This document shows positions 19,996 to 30,519 of a stretch of DNA of 64,000 nt, one piece after another. Positions within the stretch are counted from its first letter, which is position 1, and each line of letters starts with the position of its first letter. The notes beneath the pieces are model-generated. The model searched no databases. It worked only from the letters and a program-made list of their open reading frames with translations, and was not told the DNA's origin. The translations under genes and the position numbers were made by a program. The stretch is from Candidatus Binatia bacterium (GTDB lineage: Bacteria > Desulfobacterota > Binatia > HRBIN30): positions 96,001 to 160,000 of the forward strand of contig JBBRSP010000001.1 of NCBI GenBank assembly GCA_038245295.1. The letters run 5' to 3'.

Positions 19996-21129
19996 ATGTC
20001 GGATCAGACACGCCTGCGTACCGCCGTAGTTGTTTCCCTGCTGATGCACTTGTCTCTGCTGTGGATGTGGGCCGCCTATCGTGTGGCGCAGGAGATTCTG
20101 CGGCAATCGCGCCCGATCGACATTGATGTTGTCTCGATGCCACCGCCGGCCCCGCCGGCGCCGCCGCGACCGGCGCAGCCGGCCCATCCGGTGCAGCCTG
20201 CCCCACAGGCTCAACCCGCTGAACCCGCCCCGCCAGTGCCTCCGGCGCCCGTGCTTCAACGACAGATCGTTTCGCCATCGGACGCCGGAGAGGAGAAGCC
20301 GCCACCGCCGGACACTCGTCTCCTCAGTGATCGCGACAACGTCGTGGCCAAGGAGAGCGCTCAGGTCGGCGAAGGGGCACGCGAGAAGGACAACGCTCCG
20401 CCCAAGCCTGTGCAGGAATCGGCACCACCGCCGAAGCCTGAGGCGCCTCGCAAGGTGATCGCTGAGCCCAAACCCGAAGCCAAGCCCGAGCCTCCCGAGC
20501 GCCGGCGCGACCGCAACCCGGGGGCAAGTTTGCCCAATCTCGATCAGCTACTGCCACAGGTCGGTGATCTGGCGCTGGCCGGCGGCGGTTCGCAAGAGCG
20601 TGATCGCGGAGCCGATTCCAACAGCGAGGCGCGTCGCAAGTTGTCGCTACCGCAGGCGGAAGCGTTCTCGGCGCGCCCCGGCATTCGCGATTTCCTACCG
20701 GCCGTGCGCCCGAGCGACATCACCATGCTCAACACGAAGGCGGACCGCTTCGCTCCATTTGTCCGCCGCGTGGCACAACGCGTCTTCCAACATCTGGACA
20801 TTCGCTTGCGACAGGCCATTGGCGGTGTCGGCCAAGGCGGCAAAGAGTTCGCCATCGTTGAAGCGATCATGGACAAGCGCGGCCGCTTGGTGGACGCGCG
20901 TATCGTCGAACGGGACAGCACGAGCGCGCTGAGCGCCGATCGGATTCTGCTCGGAGCTACGGAGCCCGACATCTTTTTTGACGAGAACCCGCCACCCGGC
21001 GCCGAGGCGGCCGACGGCAAGATTCATTTCAAGCTGCTCATCGATCTGGAGGTCGTGGCCTATCAAGATCCGCGTAGTGGCCGGACTAGTGGCGGCTACC
21101 ACGGCATGGCCGGGGTTGGGCTGGATTGA
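19996..21129 (+). CDS. TonB-like proline-rich bitopic membrane protein
   Basis: TM helix with SLLMH, Pro-rich spacer, C-terminal MLNTKADRFAPFVRRV domain. Confidence 0.7.
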   Translation: MSDQTRLRTAVVVSLLMHLSLLWMWAAYRVAQEILRQSRPIDIDVVSMPPPAPPAPPRPAQPAHPVQPAPQAQPAEPAPPVPPAPVLQRQIVSPSDAGEEKPPPPDTRLLSDRDNVVAKESAQVGEGAREKDNAPPKPVQESAPPPKPEAPRKVIAEPKPEAKPEPPERRRDRNPGASLPNLDQLLPQVGDLALAGGGSQERDRGADSNSEARRKLSLPQAEAFSARPGIRDFLPAVRPSDITMLNTKADRFAPFVRRVAQRVFQHLDIRLRQAIGGVGQGGKEFAIVEAIMDKRGRLVDARIVERDSTSALSADRILLGATEPDIFFDENPPPGAEAADGKIHFKLLIDLEVVAYQDPRSGRTSGGYHGMAGVGLD

Positions 21130-21192
21130 TCGCGTCTAGCCGAGGACGGTAGGGCGTTCTGCGTAGGGCGTCGGGGGTGGTTGGGGAAACGG

Positions 21193-22713
21193 TTACGCGT
21201 TGGTCTCTGGCTTCGTCCAGCGTAGGACCGGGCGCCGCGCCGCGCGGGCTTCATCGAGGCGCCCGACCGGGGTGCGTCGTGGCGCATCATGCAAGACATC
21301 CGGCGTCTCGCGCGCCTCGCGAGCGATGGCGCGCATCGCGGCGATGAACTCGTCGATCGTCTCTTTGCTCTCGGTTTCCGTTGGCTCGATCATGATGGCG
21401 CCGCTTACAACCAACGGGAAGTAGATCGTTGGCGCGTAGAACCCGTACTCCAGAAGCCGCTTCGCCACGTCGAGTGTCTTGATGCCGTACTCTTCGAGTC
21501 GTTTGTCGCTGAGCACACACTCGTGCATGCACAAGCCGGGGTAGGCGAGATGATACTCATCCTCGAGGCTCTTGCGGATGTAGTTGGCGCTCAGGACGGC
21601 CATTTGGGTCGCCAGCTTCAAACCGTCGCCACCCAGGGCCAGCATGTAGGCCAGGGCACGCACGTGCATGCCGAAGTTGCCGTGGAAGGAACGCACCCGC
21701 CCGATGGTTTTTGGGAAGTCACTGCTCCACGCGTATGTCTTGTCGCGGCAGACAACGCGCGGCGTGGGCAGATAGGGCTCGAGAATCTGGCGCACGGCAA
21801 CCGGGCCCGACCCGGGACCGCCGCCACCGTGCGGGGTCGAGAACGTCTTGTGCAGATTGATCTGCATCACGTCGGCGCCCATGTGCGCCGGTTTGGCGAT
21901 ACCCATCAGCGCGTTCAGATTCGCGCCGTCGAGGTAGACCAGGCCACCCTTGCTGTGCACGACTTCGGCGATCTGGACAATCTCGCGTTCGAAGAGGCCG
22001 AGTGTGTTGGGATTGGTGATCATCAAGGCGGCGACGTCATCGTCCATGGCGCGACGCACCGCCTCGGCTTCGATCAAGCCGAGCCGATTGCCTTCGATCT
22101 GCACCGTCGTGTAGCCGCATAACGCGGCGCTGGCCGGGTTGGTGCCGTGAGCGCTTGCCGGGATCAATACTTTGCGACGCGCCCGACCGTGGTCGACGTG
22201 ATAGGCGCGCACCATCTTCATCCCGGCGAGCTCGCCCTGGGCACCGGCCGCAGGTTGCAGACTGACCGCATCCATCCCGGTGACCTCGGCCAGAATACGC
22301 TCCACTTCCCAAATCGTGGCCAGGGCGCCCTGTGCCGCGTCGTCATCAGCGAACGGGTGGAGATTGGCAAACCCGGCGAGCCGCGCCGCGACTTCGTTCA
22401 CCACTGGGTTGTACTTCATGGTGCACGAGCCGAGCGGATAAAAGGTCGTCGCCGTGCCGTAGTTCCATTGCGACAAGCGTAGGAAGTGCCGCAGCACCTC
22501 CGGTTCACTCACCTCGGGCAGACCATCGACAGAATCGCGAAGCAACTCGGCGGGCAACACCGATTCGGCTCCTGCCGGCGCGGCGGCCGTCCAAACGCCA
22601 ATCCGGCCGGCGCGGCTGCGCTCGAAAATCGGTGGCTCGTCGAGGATCAGGCCGGCCTGCTTGCCGGCGATCGGCCCGCTGGGTGTCTGCTCGTCTTCTT
22701 GTTCCTGCATCAC
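21193..22713 (-). CDS. gcvPB: Glycine dehydrogenase subunit 2
   Basis: YPLGSCTMKYNP, SAHGTNPASA, NLHKTFSTPHGGGGPG, IEPTETES. Confidence 0.97.
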   Translation of the reverse strand: MMQEQEDEQTPSGPIAGKQAGLILDEPPIFERSRAGRIGVWTAAAPAGAESVLPAELLRDSVDGLPEVSEPEVLRHFLRLSQWNYGTATTFYPLGSCTMKYNPVVNEVAARLAGFANLHPFADDDAAQGALATIWEVERILAEVTGMDAVSLQPAAGAQGELAGMKMVRAYHVDHGRARRKVLIPASAHGTNPASAALCGYTTVQIEGNRLGLIEAEAVRRAMDDDVAALMITNPNTLGLFEREIVQIAEVVHSKGGLVYLDGANLNALMGIAKPAHMGADVMQINLHKTFSTPHGGGGPGSGPVAVRQILEPYLPTPRVVCRDKTYAWSSDFPKTIGRVRSFHGNFGMHVRALAYMLALGGDGLKLATQMAVLSANYIRKSLEDEYHLAYPGLCMHECVLSDKRLEEYGIKTLDVAKRLLEYGFYAPTIYFPLVVSGAIMIEPTETESKETIDEFIAAMRAIAREARETPDVLHDAPRRTPVGRLDEARAARRPVLRWTKPETNA

Positions 22714-24059
22714 TTTGCCGCCGTTTCAAAGGCCCGCACCAGGGCGTCGATGGCACTGTCCTCATGTACCTCGGTGACGCACAGCAACGCCGCATCACCG
22801 AACTCCGGATACCATCGCGACAGGCTGATCCCGGCGAGCAAGCCGCTCTTCTGCGCCGCGGCTCGTGCCGCGTCGAGGCGTTTGCCGCGTATGACGAACT
22901 CATTGAAGAACGGTGCCTGGAAGGGCACCTCGAGGCCTTTGATGCTGCCCAGGCGCTGTGCCAGTCGATGGGCTGCGGCGGTATTCGCCAAGGCGACGTT
23001 CCGGATACCCTGTTTGCCGAGGGCGCAGACGTGCACGGTGAACGCCAGCGACATGAGCCCCTGGTTGGTGCAAATGTTCGAGGTCGCCTTTTCACGCCGG
23101 ATGTGTTGTTCGCGCGTCGCCAGAGTCAGCACGTAGCCGCGCCGTCCGGCCGTGTCGTTGGCTTCGCCCACCAACCGTCCAGGCATCATGCGGACGTATT
23201 CCGAGCGCGTCGCGAAAAGACCGACCCCGGGGCCGCCGTAGGACATCGGGATGCCGAGACTCTGTCCTTCTGCCACGGCAATGTCGGCCCCCAACTCGCC
23301 CGGCGACTTCAAGAGGCCAAGTGCCACGGCTTCGCTGGTGGCGGTGATAACTAGCGCCTCTCTGGCATGCGCAATCGCAGCAACGGCGGCGACGTCCTCG
23401 ATGACGCCGAAGAAGTTTGGATAACCGAGAACCACAGCCGCCGTCTGTTCATCGATGTTCTGCGCCAACCAAGCGCCGTCGGTACGCCCCTGGGCATCAA
23501 TGGGCGCTTCGACGACGTCGATCAGCCCGGCGCCTTCGAGGTATGTCGTGATCGTCTCGCGATAATGCGGATGCACGGCGCGCGAGACTATGACGCGGCG
23601 CCGCTTGTTGCGCACGCGTGCCGCCATCAGCACGGCCTCGGCCGTTGCCGAGGCGCCGTCGTACATGCTGGCGTTGGCGACATCGAGACCGAGCAGCATC
23701 GAGACGATCGTCTGAAATTCAAAGATCGCCTGGAGAGTCCCTTGGCTAACCTCGGGTTGGTACGGGGTGTAGGCCGAGTAGAACTCGGCGCGTTGCAGAA
23801 TCTGATCGACCACCGCGGGGACAAAGTGCGGATAGGCTCCGGCACCGGCGAAGCAGGCTGCCGCGGCGGCACTGTTTTTCGCCGCCAACGATTCGAGATG
23901 GCGGCGCACCTCGAGCTCCGTGCGACCCGGCGCCAACGCCAAGGTGGCGCTGCGCCGCAGCTCGATCGGCACGTTCTCGAAGAGGTCGTCGATGTCTGCC
24001 ACGCCGATGTGGTCGAGCATGGCTCGCACATCGTCAGCGGTATGTGGAATGAAACGCAT
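22710..24059 (-). CDS. gcvPA: Glycine dehydrogenase subunit 1
   Basis: MRFIPHT, AYTPYQPEVSQG, ANASMYDGA, TREQHIRREKATSNICTNQ. Confidence 0.97.
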   Translation of the reverse strand: MRFIPHTADDVRAMLDHIGVADIDDLFENVPIELRRSATLALAPGRTELEVRRHLESLAAKNSAAAAACFAGAGAYPHFVPAVVDQILQRAEFYSAYTPYQPEVSQGTLQAIFEFQTIVSMLLGLDVANASMYDGASATAEAVLMAARVRNKRRRVIVSRAVHPHYRETITTYLEGAGLIDVVEAPIDAQGRTDGAWLAQNIDEQTAAVVLGYPNFFGVIEDVAAVAAIAHAREALVITATSEAVALGLLKSPGELGADIAVAEGQSLGIPMSYGGPGVGLFATRSEYVRMMPGRLVGEANDTAGRRGYVLTLATREQHIRREKATSNICTNQGLMSLAFTVHVCALGKQGIRNVALANTAAAHRLAQRLGSIKGLEVPFQAPFFNEFVIRGKRLDAARAAAQKSGLLAGISLSRWYPEFGDAALLCVTEVHEDSAIDALVRAFETAAK

Positions 24060-24146
24060 CCGGAAGGCCTTCAACCCTCCGTAAATGAGCACGCCACGGT
24101 GCGCGTGTGGAGAGGGTAATGAAAAAACGTTCGATTCGTGAGCCGA

Positions 24147-24539
24147 CTACTCCTCGTCTTCCTCGGCAACGAACTCTTCATACTCGACCGAGGTCATGAG
24201 CTCGTCGATCTCTTCCGGGTCGTTGATCTCGATCTTGATCAACCAGCCGTCGCCATAGGGATCTTCGTTGATGATCTCTGGATTGTCGGGGAGATCATCG
24301 TTGATCTCCATGACAATGCCGCTGATCGGCGCGAAGATATCAGAGACCGCTTTGACGGATTCGACGACGCCGAATGCATCTTCTTTGCTGACCTTGTCGC
24401 TCACGGCCGGCAGCTCGACGAACACGATGTCCCCGAGCTGATCCTGCGCAAAATCGGTGATGCCGATTGTGGCGATGTTTCCCTCAAGCAACACCCATTC
24501 GTGCTGCTTCGAGTATTTGAGGTCCTCGGGAAACTCCAT
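24147..24539 (-). CDS. gcvH: Glycine cleavage system H protein
   Basis: HEWV, GITDFAQDQLGDIVFVELP, VESVKAVSD lipoyl-lysine motif. Confidence 0.98.
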   Translation of the reverse strand: MEFPEDLKYSKQHEWVLLEGNIATIGITDFAQDQLGDIVFVELPAVSDKVSKEDAFGVVESVKAVSDIFAPISGIVMEINDDLPDNPEIINEDPYGDGWLIKIEINDPEEIDELMTSVEYEEFVAEEDEE

Positions 24540-24551
24540 TACCTTTCCTCC

Positions 24552-25634
24552 CTACGAATCTTGACGCTTGTAGAACGGCAGCTTGACCACTTCGGCTGGT
24601 ACGATGCGTCCGCGAATATCGACGCCTAGTTTGGTACCCGTCTCCGCCGAAGCGGCCGCCACATAGCCTAGCCCTATTCCCTTGCCAACCGTCGGTGCTT
24701 TGGTTCCGCTGGTGATCTCGCCGACTGTTTCCTTGCCCGCAGTGACCGCATATCCCTGCCGTGGAATACCCCGCTCCGTCAATACCAGTCCGATGAGTTT
24801 TCGCGTCACCCCTGTTGCGCGCTGCTTCTGCAACGCGTCGCGTCCGATGAAGTCGCCCTTGTTGAAACGCACCACCCAGGAGAGGCCCGCTTCCAGTGGC
24901 GTCGTCGTCTCGGTCAGTTCGTGACCATAGAGGGGCAGGGCGCGTTCCAACCGCAAGGTGTCGCGGGCTCCCAGCCCAACGGCCTGAATGCCGTGTGCCG
25001 CGCCTGCCTCCATGATCGCATCCCAGATGGCGCCGGCATGGGCATTCTCGCAATAGATCTCCCAACCATCTTCTCCCGTGTAGCCGGTGTGGGCGACCCA
25101 GCATTTCTTGCCGGCGACTTCGTCATCGACAAACCAGAAGGCGGGAATATTCAAGTCGGCAGGCGTCAGCTGGCGCAGAATCTCGGTCGCCCGCGGTCCT
25201 TGGCAAGCCAGTAACGACAGCTCTCCACTGCGATCGATCGCCTCGGCGCCGCCGCAGTTTTCTTTCACCCAGGCGAAATCTTTGCCGGTGTTCGAGGCGT
25301 TGACGCAGATCATGAAGCGTTGTTCGGCAACGCGATGCACCATGATGTCGTCGACGACGCCGCCACTGGGAAGACAAAACATGGAGTACTGCGCGTTGCC
25401 GTCTTGCAGGCGCGTGACGTCGTTGACCGTCAGTCGCTGCACCGCTTCGGCGGCGCGCGGCCCACGCAGCTCGAACTCTCCCATGTGACTGACGTCGAAC
25501 AAGCCGGCATGCCGACGCACGGCCTCGTGCTCCTCGATGATGCCCGTGTACTGCACCGGCATCTCCCAGCCGCCGAATTCGACGAAACGCGCGCCTAACG
25601 CTTGGTGCCGGCTGTAGAGTTCTGTGCGTCGCAT
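24552..25634 (-). CDS. gcvT: Glycine cleavage system aminomethyltransferase T
   Basis: [41 protein letters not shown]; start moved to MRRTEL. Confidence 0.97.
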   Translation of the reverse strand: MRRTELYSRHQALGARFVEFGGWEMPVQYTGIIEEHEAVRRHAGLFDVSHMGEFELRGPRAAEAVQRLTVNDVTRLQDGNAQYSMFCLPSGGVVDDIMVHRVAEQRFMICVNASNTGKDFAWVKENCGGAEAIDRSGELSLLACQGPRATEILRQLTPADLNIPAFWFVDDEVAGKKCWVAHTGYTGEDGWEIYCENAHAGAIWDAIMEAGAAHGIQAVGLGARDTLRLERALPLYGHELTETTTPLEAGLSWVVRFNKGDFIGRDALQKQRATGVTRKLIGLVLTERGIPRQGYAVTAGKETVGEITSGTKAPTVGKGIGLGYVAAASAETGTKLGVDIRGRIVPAEVVKLPFYKRQDS

Positions 25635-25648
25635 GGATCGTATCGCGC

Positions 25649-26500
25649 TTATCGAGCCAGACGCTTGGCCGCGGTGAGCGTGTTCTGCATCAGCATGGCG
25701 ATGGTCATTGGTCCGACACCGCCGGGAACCGGGGTTATATGCGACGCCCTCTCCTTGGCCACCGCAAATTCGACGTCGCCAAGCAACTTGCCGTTCTGCT
25801 GACGGTTGATGCCGACATCGATCACTACGCTCCCCGGTTTCACCCAGTCGCCACGGATGAGCTCGGTGCGCCCGATCGCGGCGATCAGCACATCGGCGCG
25901 CGCCACCTCGGCGGCGATGTCGCGTGTGCGCGAGTGACAGATGGTCACTGTGGCGTGACGCTCGAGCAGCATGAAGGCGATCGGCTTGCCGACCAGAGTG
26001 CTGCGACCGCAAATCACCGCTTGGGCTCCCTTGAGACCGATGCCGGTGCTGTCCAGCAGGTGCATGACGCCAAGCGGCGTACACGGGCGCATGCCGTCGC
26101 GCCCTTGCACCAGGCGGGCCTGGCTGATGGGGTGTAACCCGTCGACATCCTTGCTCGGGGCGATCGCCTCGATGATCGCGTCGGAATCGATATGACTCGG
26201 CAGTGGCAACTGCACCAGGATTCCGTGCACCTGATCGTCGCCGTTCAGGCGTTCGACCAACGCCAACAATTCGCCTTGCGTGATGTCAGCGGTGAATTCG
26301 AACGGATGTGAGACGATGCCGACTTCTTCGCACGCTTTGCGCTTGCCACGAACATAGGTGTGCGAGGCGGGATCGGCACCGACCAGCACAGTCGCCAGGC
26401 CGGGAGCGAAGCCGTGGACGGCGCGGAACTCGGCGACGTCACGTTTTACGGTCGCTCGGACGTCCGCCGCGGCCGCCTTGCCATCAATGATCTGCGCCAT
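25649..26500 (-). CDS. folD: Methylenetetrahydrofolate dehydrogenase/cyclohydrolase
   Basis: [35 protein letters not shown]. Confidence 0.97.
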   Translation of the reverse strand: MAQIIDGKAAAADVRATVKRDVAEFRAVHGFAPGLATVLVGADPASHTYVRGKRKACEEVGIVSHPFEFTADITQGELLALVERLNGDDQVHGILVQLPLPSHIDSDAIIEAIAPSKDVDGLHPISQARLVQGRDGMRPCTPLGVMHLLDSTGIGLKGAQAVICGRSTLVGKPIAFMLLERHATVTICHSRTRDIAAEVARADVLIAAIGRTELIRGDWVKPGSVVIDVGINRQQNGKLLGDVEFAVAKERASHITPVPGGVGPMTIAMLMQNTLTAAKRLAR

Positions 26501-26532
26501 CGACGGGCCGCATAGTCAATGCGACCCGTCGA
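26500..26532 (-). promoter_or_regulatory. 14-bp hairpin abutting the folD start codon
   Basis: TCGACGGGCCGCAT-AGTCA-ATGCGACCCGTCGA; fully paired with one G-U on the minus-strand RNA. Confidence 0.55.
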
Positions 26533-26579
26533 GTAAACGGGGTGTTTTGGAACGGATACCTGCCCTGGTCGTAGGGATG

Positions 26580-27071
26580 TTACGCCTTCTTGGCCTTCTT
26601 ACGCTTCGCCTTCGTGCCGGTGCTGGCGCCTGAGCGCAGCGTCACCACGGGACAACCGGCTTTGCGCACAACGTTCTCGGCGATGCTGCCGATCATCACG
26701 TGCATGAGTCCGGTGCGGCCATGCGTTCCCATGACGATCATGTCGACCTTCAGCTTCTTGGCACTGTCGACGATGGCGGATGCCGGCGCGCCGGTACGCA
26801 TCAACGCTCGCGCCTTGATCTTGCGTTTCAGTAAGCCGGCTTCGATGTGCGCCAGTTGGTCTCGGCCCGCCTTGCGCTGCTCGTCGATCAGGACGGTCAG
26901 GTTGGGGCTCGTGGCATACATGTCGGCCGCCGACGCGTAGTAGATCGGTTCGAGGACGTACAAAACGATGATCTCAGGACCAAACGGTTTGGTGAGCTCG
27001 ATCGCGTAATCGAGTGCAGCGATCGAGTCGTCGGAAAAATCGATAGGGACGAGAACGGTCTTGGGCGCCAT
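26580..27071 (-). CDS. Universal stress protein (UspA family)
   Basis: VLVPIDFS, DMIVMGTHGRTG...GSIAENVVRKAGCPV. Confidence 0.93.
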   Translation of the reverse strand: MAPKTVLVPIDFSDDSIAALDYAIELTKPFGPEIIVLYVLEPIYYASAADMYATSPNLTVLIDEQRKAGRDQLAHIEAGLLKRKIKARALMRTGAPASAIVDSAKKLKVDMIVMGTHGRTGLMHVMIGSIAENVVRKAGCPVVTLRSGASTGTKAKRKKAKKA

Positions 27072-27253
27072 CAGGATCTCCTTTGCCTGAGCGCTAGGTA
27101 TCACCGGATCCTGATAGGTGCGACCCCTGGGCGTGCGACGGTGCGCGAAGGGACCGTCGATCTCTTTTCGAGAGCAGGAGGTCGAGATCCGTCCACCGAC
27201 TTCAAATTGGCAGGCGACCCGAGTATGAGCACGCCTGACGGAGGAGCGACGCA

Positions 27254-28462
27254 ATGCTGAAAGTCCTGGAAGGTGTGCGACTCGTCGAGATTGCCGAATG
27301 GTTCTTCGTGCCCGGCGCCGGCACGGTGCTGGCCGACTGGGGTGTCGATGTGATCAAGATCGAGCATCCGGTGCGTGGTGATCCGCTGCGTGGCCTGATC
27401 AGCTCGGGCATGATTCCGGGCGCCCAGGGGCCCAATTTCTTTGTCGAGAACGGCAGCCGCAACAAGCGCAGCGTCGGACTCGATCTCACCAGCGACGCCG
27501 GCCGTGACGTGCTCTACCGCTTGGTTGAGAAGGCCGACGTGGTGCTCACCAGCTTCCTGCCGCCGGCGCGTCGCCGCCTCAAGATCGATGTCGACGATCT
27601 CCGCAAGATCAATCCCAAGCTGATCTATGCGCGCGGCTCGGGGCAGGGGCCGAAAGGTCCGGAGGCCGAACGCGGCGGGTTTGACGCCGGCTCCTTCTGG
27701 TCGCGCGGTGGTATCGCGCACATGCTTACCGAGCCAGGCAAAGCGCCGATCATGCAACGCGCCGCGTTTGGCGACACGATCGGCGCCACGTTCATTGCCG
27801 GCGGCATCGCGGCGGCGTTGTATCACCGTGAAAAGACCGGTCAGCCGACGGTGATCGACGTGTCGCTCCTTGGGACCGCGTGCTGGCTGATGGCGCCCGA
27901 CATCCTGGGATCGATTGTGATGGGCCGCGATTTGCCGCATTCCGATCGCAGCCGCGCTCCGAATCCTCTGATGAACACCTACCTGTGCAAGGACGACAAG
28001 TGGCTGATGCTGATGATGCTGACGCCGATGCGTCACTGGGACGAGTTCTGCAAGGCCATCGAACGCGAAGACCTGCTGCAAGAGTATCCGTTGATGAAGT
28101 GGATCGATGAGCAGGTCCGTTTTCAGTTGGTCGGCATTCTCAATGAGCACTTCGCCAAACGCTCGCGTCAGGAATGGATGGATCGATTGCTGCAGTTCGA
28201 CACCATCCACGCTCCCGTACAGACCCCCACCGAGATCCGCAGCGACCCACAGGTTCTCGAGAACGGCTATCTCGTCGACTACACCCACCCGACACACGGC
28301 CCGTTCAAAGTCGTGTCGAGCCCGGTGCAGTTCGACCAGCAGCCGACCGACGTCCGGCGCATTGCGCCGGACACGGGGCAGGACACGGAAGATGTCCTCA
28401 TCGAGTATGGTTTCTCCTGGGAGGACATCGGTGCTCTGAAAGAACAGGGCGTCGTTTCGTAA
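27254..28462 (+). CDS. CoA-transferase family III (CaiB/BaiF)
   Basis: LADWGVDVIKIEHP..GD, RNKRSVGLDL, INPKLIYA, GQVIDVSL-like segment. Confidence 0.93.
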   Translation: MLKVLEGVRLVEIAEWFFVPGAGTVLADWGVDVIKIEHPVRGDPLRGLISSGMIPGAQGPNFFVENGSRNKRSVGLDLTSDAGRDVLYRLVEKADVVLTSFLPPARRRLKIDVDDLRKINPKLIYARGSGQGPKGPEAERGGFDAGSFWSRGGIAHMLTEPGKAPIMQRAAFGDTIGATFIAGGIAAALYHREKTGQPTVIDVSLLGTACWLMAPDILGSIVMGRDLPHSDRSRAPNPLMNTYLCKDDKWLMLMMLTPMRHWDEFCKAIEREDLLQEYPLMKWIDEQVRFQLVGILNEHFAKRSRQEWMDRLLQFDTIHAPVQTPTEIRSDPQVLENGYLVDYTHPTHGPFKVVSSPVQFDQQPTDVRRIAPDTGQDTEDVLIEYGFSWEDIGALKEQGVVS

Positions 28463-28499
28463 GACGCATGTGCCGCCGGATTGTGCTACGGGCTCGGCG

Positions 28500-29294
28500 A
28501 TGTCTCTGAGCAATCTGCGCATCGTTCTCGTTCGTCCGAAAGGCGCCGCCAACGTCGGAGCCGCGGCTCGGGCGATGAAGAACATGGGTGTGCATCGCCT
28601 CCTGCTGGTGCAACCGCGCGCCGTCAAAGAGTTCTGGGCCAAGGCGATGGCCGTACACGCGGCCGACGTCCTCGAGGCGACCGTCGAAGTCGCCTCGCTG
28701 GCGGAAGCCGTTGCCGGTTGCGGCCTGGTCGTCGGTACGACGTGCCGCGATGGCTCGTATCGAGCCGCCGCCGAACCACCGCGGCAGTTGGCGCCGCGCA
28801 TCGTCGCGGCGGCGGCGCAGAACGACGTGGCGCTGGTCTTCGGCCCTGAAGACCACGGCCTCAGCAACGAGGAGCTGAAGGCGTGTCATCAGCTCATCCG
28901 CATTCCCACCGGTACGGAGTACTCCTCGCTCAATCTCGCCCAAGCGGTCCTGGTGTGTTGTTACGAAGTATTCATCGCTGCCCAGGCGCCGGTTGCGGTA
29001 CCCGAGGCGGTACCCGAGTTGGCGGATGCGGCGCGGGTCGAGTTCATGTTCGAGCGTCTGAAGACCGCCTTTCTCCGGATCGGCTACCTGCACGCCTCCA
29101 ACCCGGATCACATCCTGTTCACGTACCGCCGTCTGCTGGGCCGCTCGCAGTTGGCAGAACGCGACGTGCGTATCCTGCTGGCCCTGGCTCGTCAAATCGA
29201 GTGGTACGCTGATGGTGGTTGGAAGCAGATGACGGGTAGGGGAGCGACACAACCGACGGGTGACGCCGACGCCGACGACGAGGCGATGGTGTAG
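28500..29294 (+). CDS. trmJ: SPOUT tRNA/rRNA methyltransferase (TrmJ/LasT family)
   Basis: NVGAAARAMKNMG, LVFGPEDHGLSNEEL, YSSLNLAQAV. Confidence 0.9.
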   Translation: MSLSNLRIVLVRPKGAANVGAAARAMKNMGVHRLLLVQPRAVKEFWAKAMAVHAADVLEATVEVASLAEAVAGCGLVVGTTCRDGSYRAAAEPPRQLAPRIVAAAAQNDVALVFGPEDHGLSNEELKACHQLIRIPTGTEYSSLNLAQAVLVCCYEVFIAAQAPVAVPEAVPELADAARVEFMFERLKTAFLRIGYLHASNPDHILFTYRRLLGRSQLAERDVRILLALARQIEWYADGGWKQMTGRGATQPTGDADADDEAMV

Positions 29295-29296
29295 CG

Positions 29297-29509
29297 ATGG
29301 CCGTCATTGTTCCCTTTCAAGAACGCAAACGGGCGCGCGAGCGTGAACGTGAACAAGAGTACACGCAGCGCTGCGTCGAGATCCTCGAGCTCAATCTCCA
29401 GATGGCGCTGCGACTGTTTCACGAAGCCCCCAACGAAGAGCGCTCTCTCTACTCGCGACGCATCCGTCTTCTCGGCGAGTTGCTCGATTACGCAACGCGG
29501 CTGCTGTGA
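29297..29509 (+). CDS. Small hypothetical helical protein
   Basis: 70-aa ORF filling the gap between trmJ (2-bp gap) and rmuC (GTGA overlap). Confidence 0.65.
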   Translation: MAVIVPFQERKRAREREREQEYTQRCVEILELNLQMALRLFHEAPNEERSLYSRRIRLLGELLDYATRLL

Positions 29510-30519
29510 GCTACCCGATCGATCCGCTCATCCTGATCGCGGCGTTTGCCGTCATCTTCCTTGCCCTGATCCTTGTCCTCGTCGTGCTGCTGCAGACGAT
29601 CCGCCATCGCCTAGAAACCATCGAGGCGGCGCGCGCCGCCGATCGCGCGCCATTGCTGCTGCAGGAGCAAGTCGAAGCGTTGCGCGAGCACGTCGGCAAA
29701 CGCCTCGATCGTACGGCCGATGTAGTGGGCTCGGTGCAGCGCAGCCTCGGCACCCTGGAAGAGGCGAATCGACGCATCTTCGAGGTCGGCAAGGACCTCG
29801 CTTCGTTGCAACAGATCCTGCGCGGACCGAAAGCGCGCGGCGGGTTAGGCGAGTTGCTCCTGGAAGACCTGTTGCGCGAGCTGTTGCCGGCCGAGCACGT
29901 GCGCACCCAGCACGCCTTTCGCTCGGGTGAGCGCGTCGATGCCGCCATTTCGCTGGGTGGGCGATTGGTCTCGATCGACGCCAAGTTTCCTCTCGAAAAC
30001 TTCCGTCGCTTGCTCGACGCCAGTGATGACGATCTCCGGTTGCGGACGCGCAAGGCGTTCGTCGCCGACGTCAAGCGCCACATCGACGCGATCGCGCGCA
30101 AATACATCGTGCCCGACGAAGGCACCTACGATTTTGCTTTGATGTACATCCCGGCGGAGAACGTCTTCTATGAGACGATCGTGCGCGAAGCCGGCGACGG
30201 CTCCGATTTGTCGGACTATGCGCTGCGGCAACGCGTCATCCCCGTCTCGCCCGGAAGTTTCTTTGCCTACCTGCAGGTCATCGTGCTTGGGCTGCGGGGC
30301 CTGCGCGTCGAGGAACGGGCACAAGAGATTCTCGTGCAGCTGACGCGCTTGCAGGACGAGTTCGGCCGGCTCGGTGACGATGTACGCCTCGTCGGCCGCC
30401 ATCTTGGTAACGCCAACGCCAGCCTGGCCGCTGTCGACAAGCGGCTGGAGCGCTTATCGGCTCGCTTCAGCAATCTGCAAGATGCCGAGGGCGCGGTGCC
30501 AAAGGCGGAGGCGGAGTGA
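29506..30519 (+). CDS. rmuC: DNA recombination protein RmuC
   Basis: N-terminal TM, RGGLGELLLE, IDAKFPL, TYDFALMYIPAE, PVSP. Confidence 0.92.
   Translation: MSYPIDPLILIAAFAVIFLALILVLVVLLQTIRHRLETIEAARAADRAPLLLQEQVEALREHVGKRLDRTADVVGSVQRSLGTLEEANRRIFEVGKDLASLQQILRGPKARGGLGELLLEDLLRELLPAEHVRTQHAFRSGERVDAAISLGGRLVSIDAKFPLENFRRLLDASDDDLRLRTRKAFVADVKRHIDAIARKYIVPDEGTYDFALMYIPAENVFYETIVREAGDGSDLSDYALRQRVIPVSPGSFFAYLQVIVLGLRGLRVEERAQEILVQLTRLQDEFGRLGDDVRLVGRHLGNANASLAAVDKRLERLSARFSNLQDAEGAVPKAEAE

Noticed and set aside
25635..25648. Glycine riboswitch ahead of gcvT
   Set aside because: Only 14 bp separate folD and gcvT, and no aptamer motifs are visible upstream of folD.
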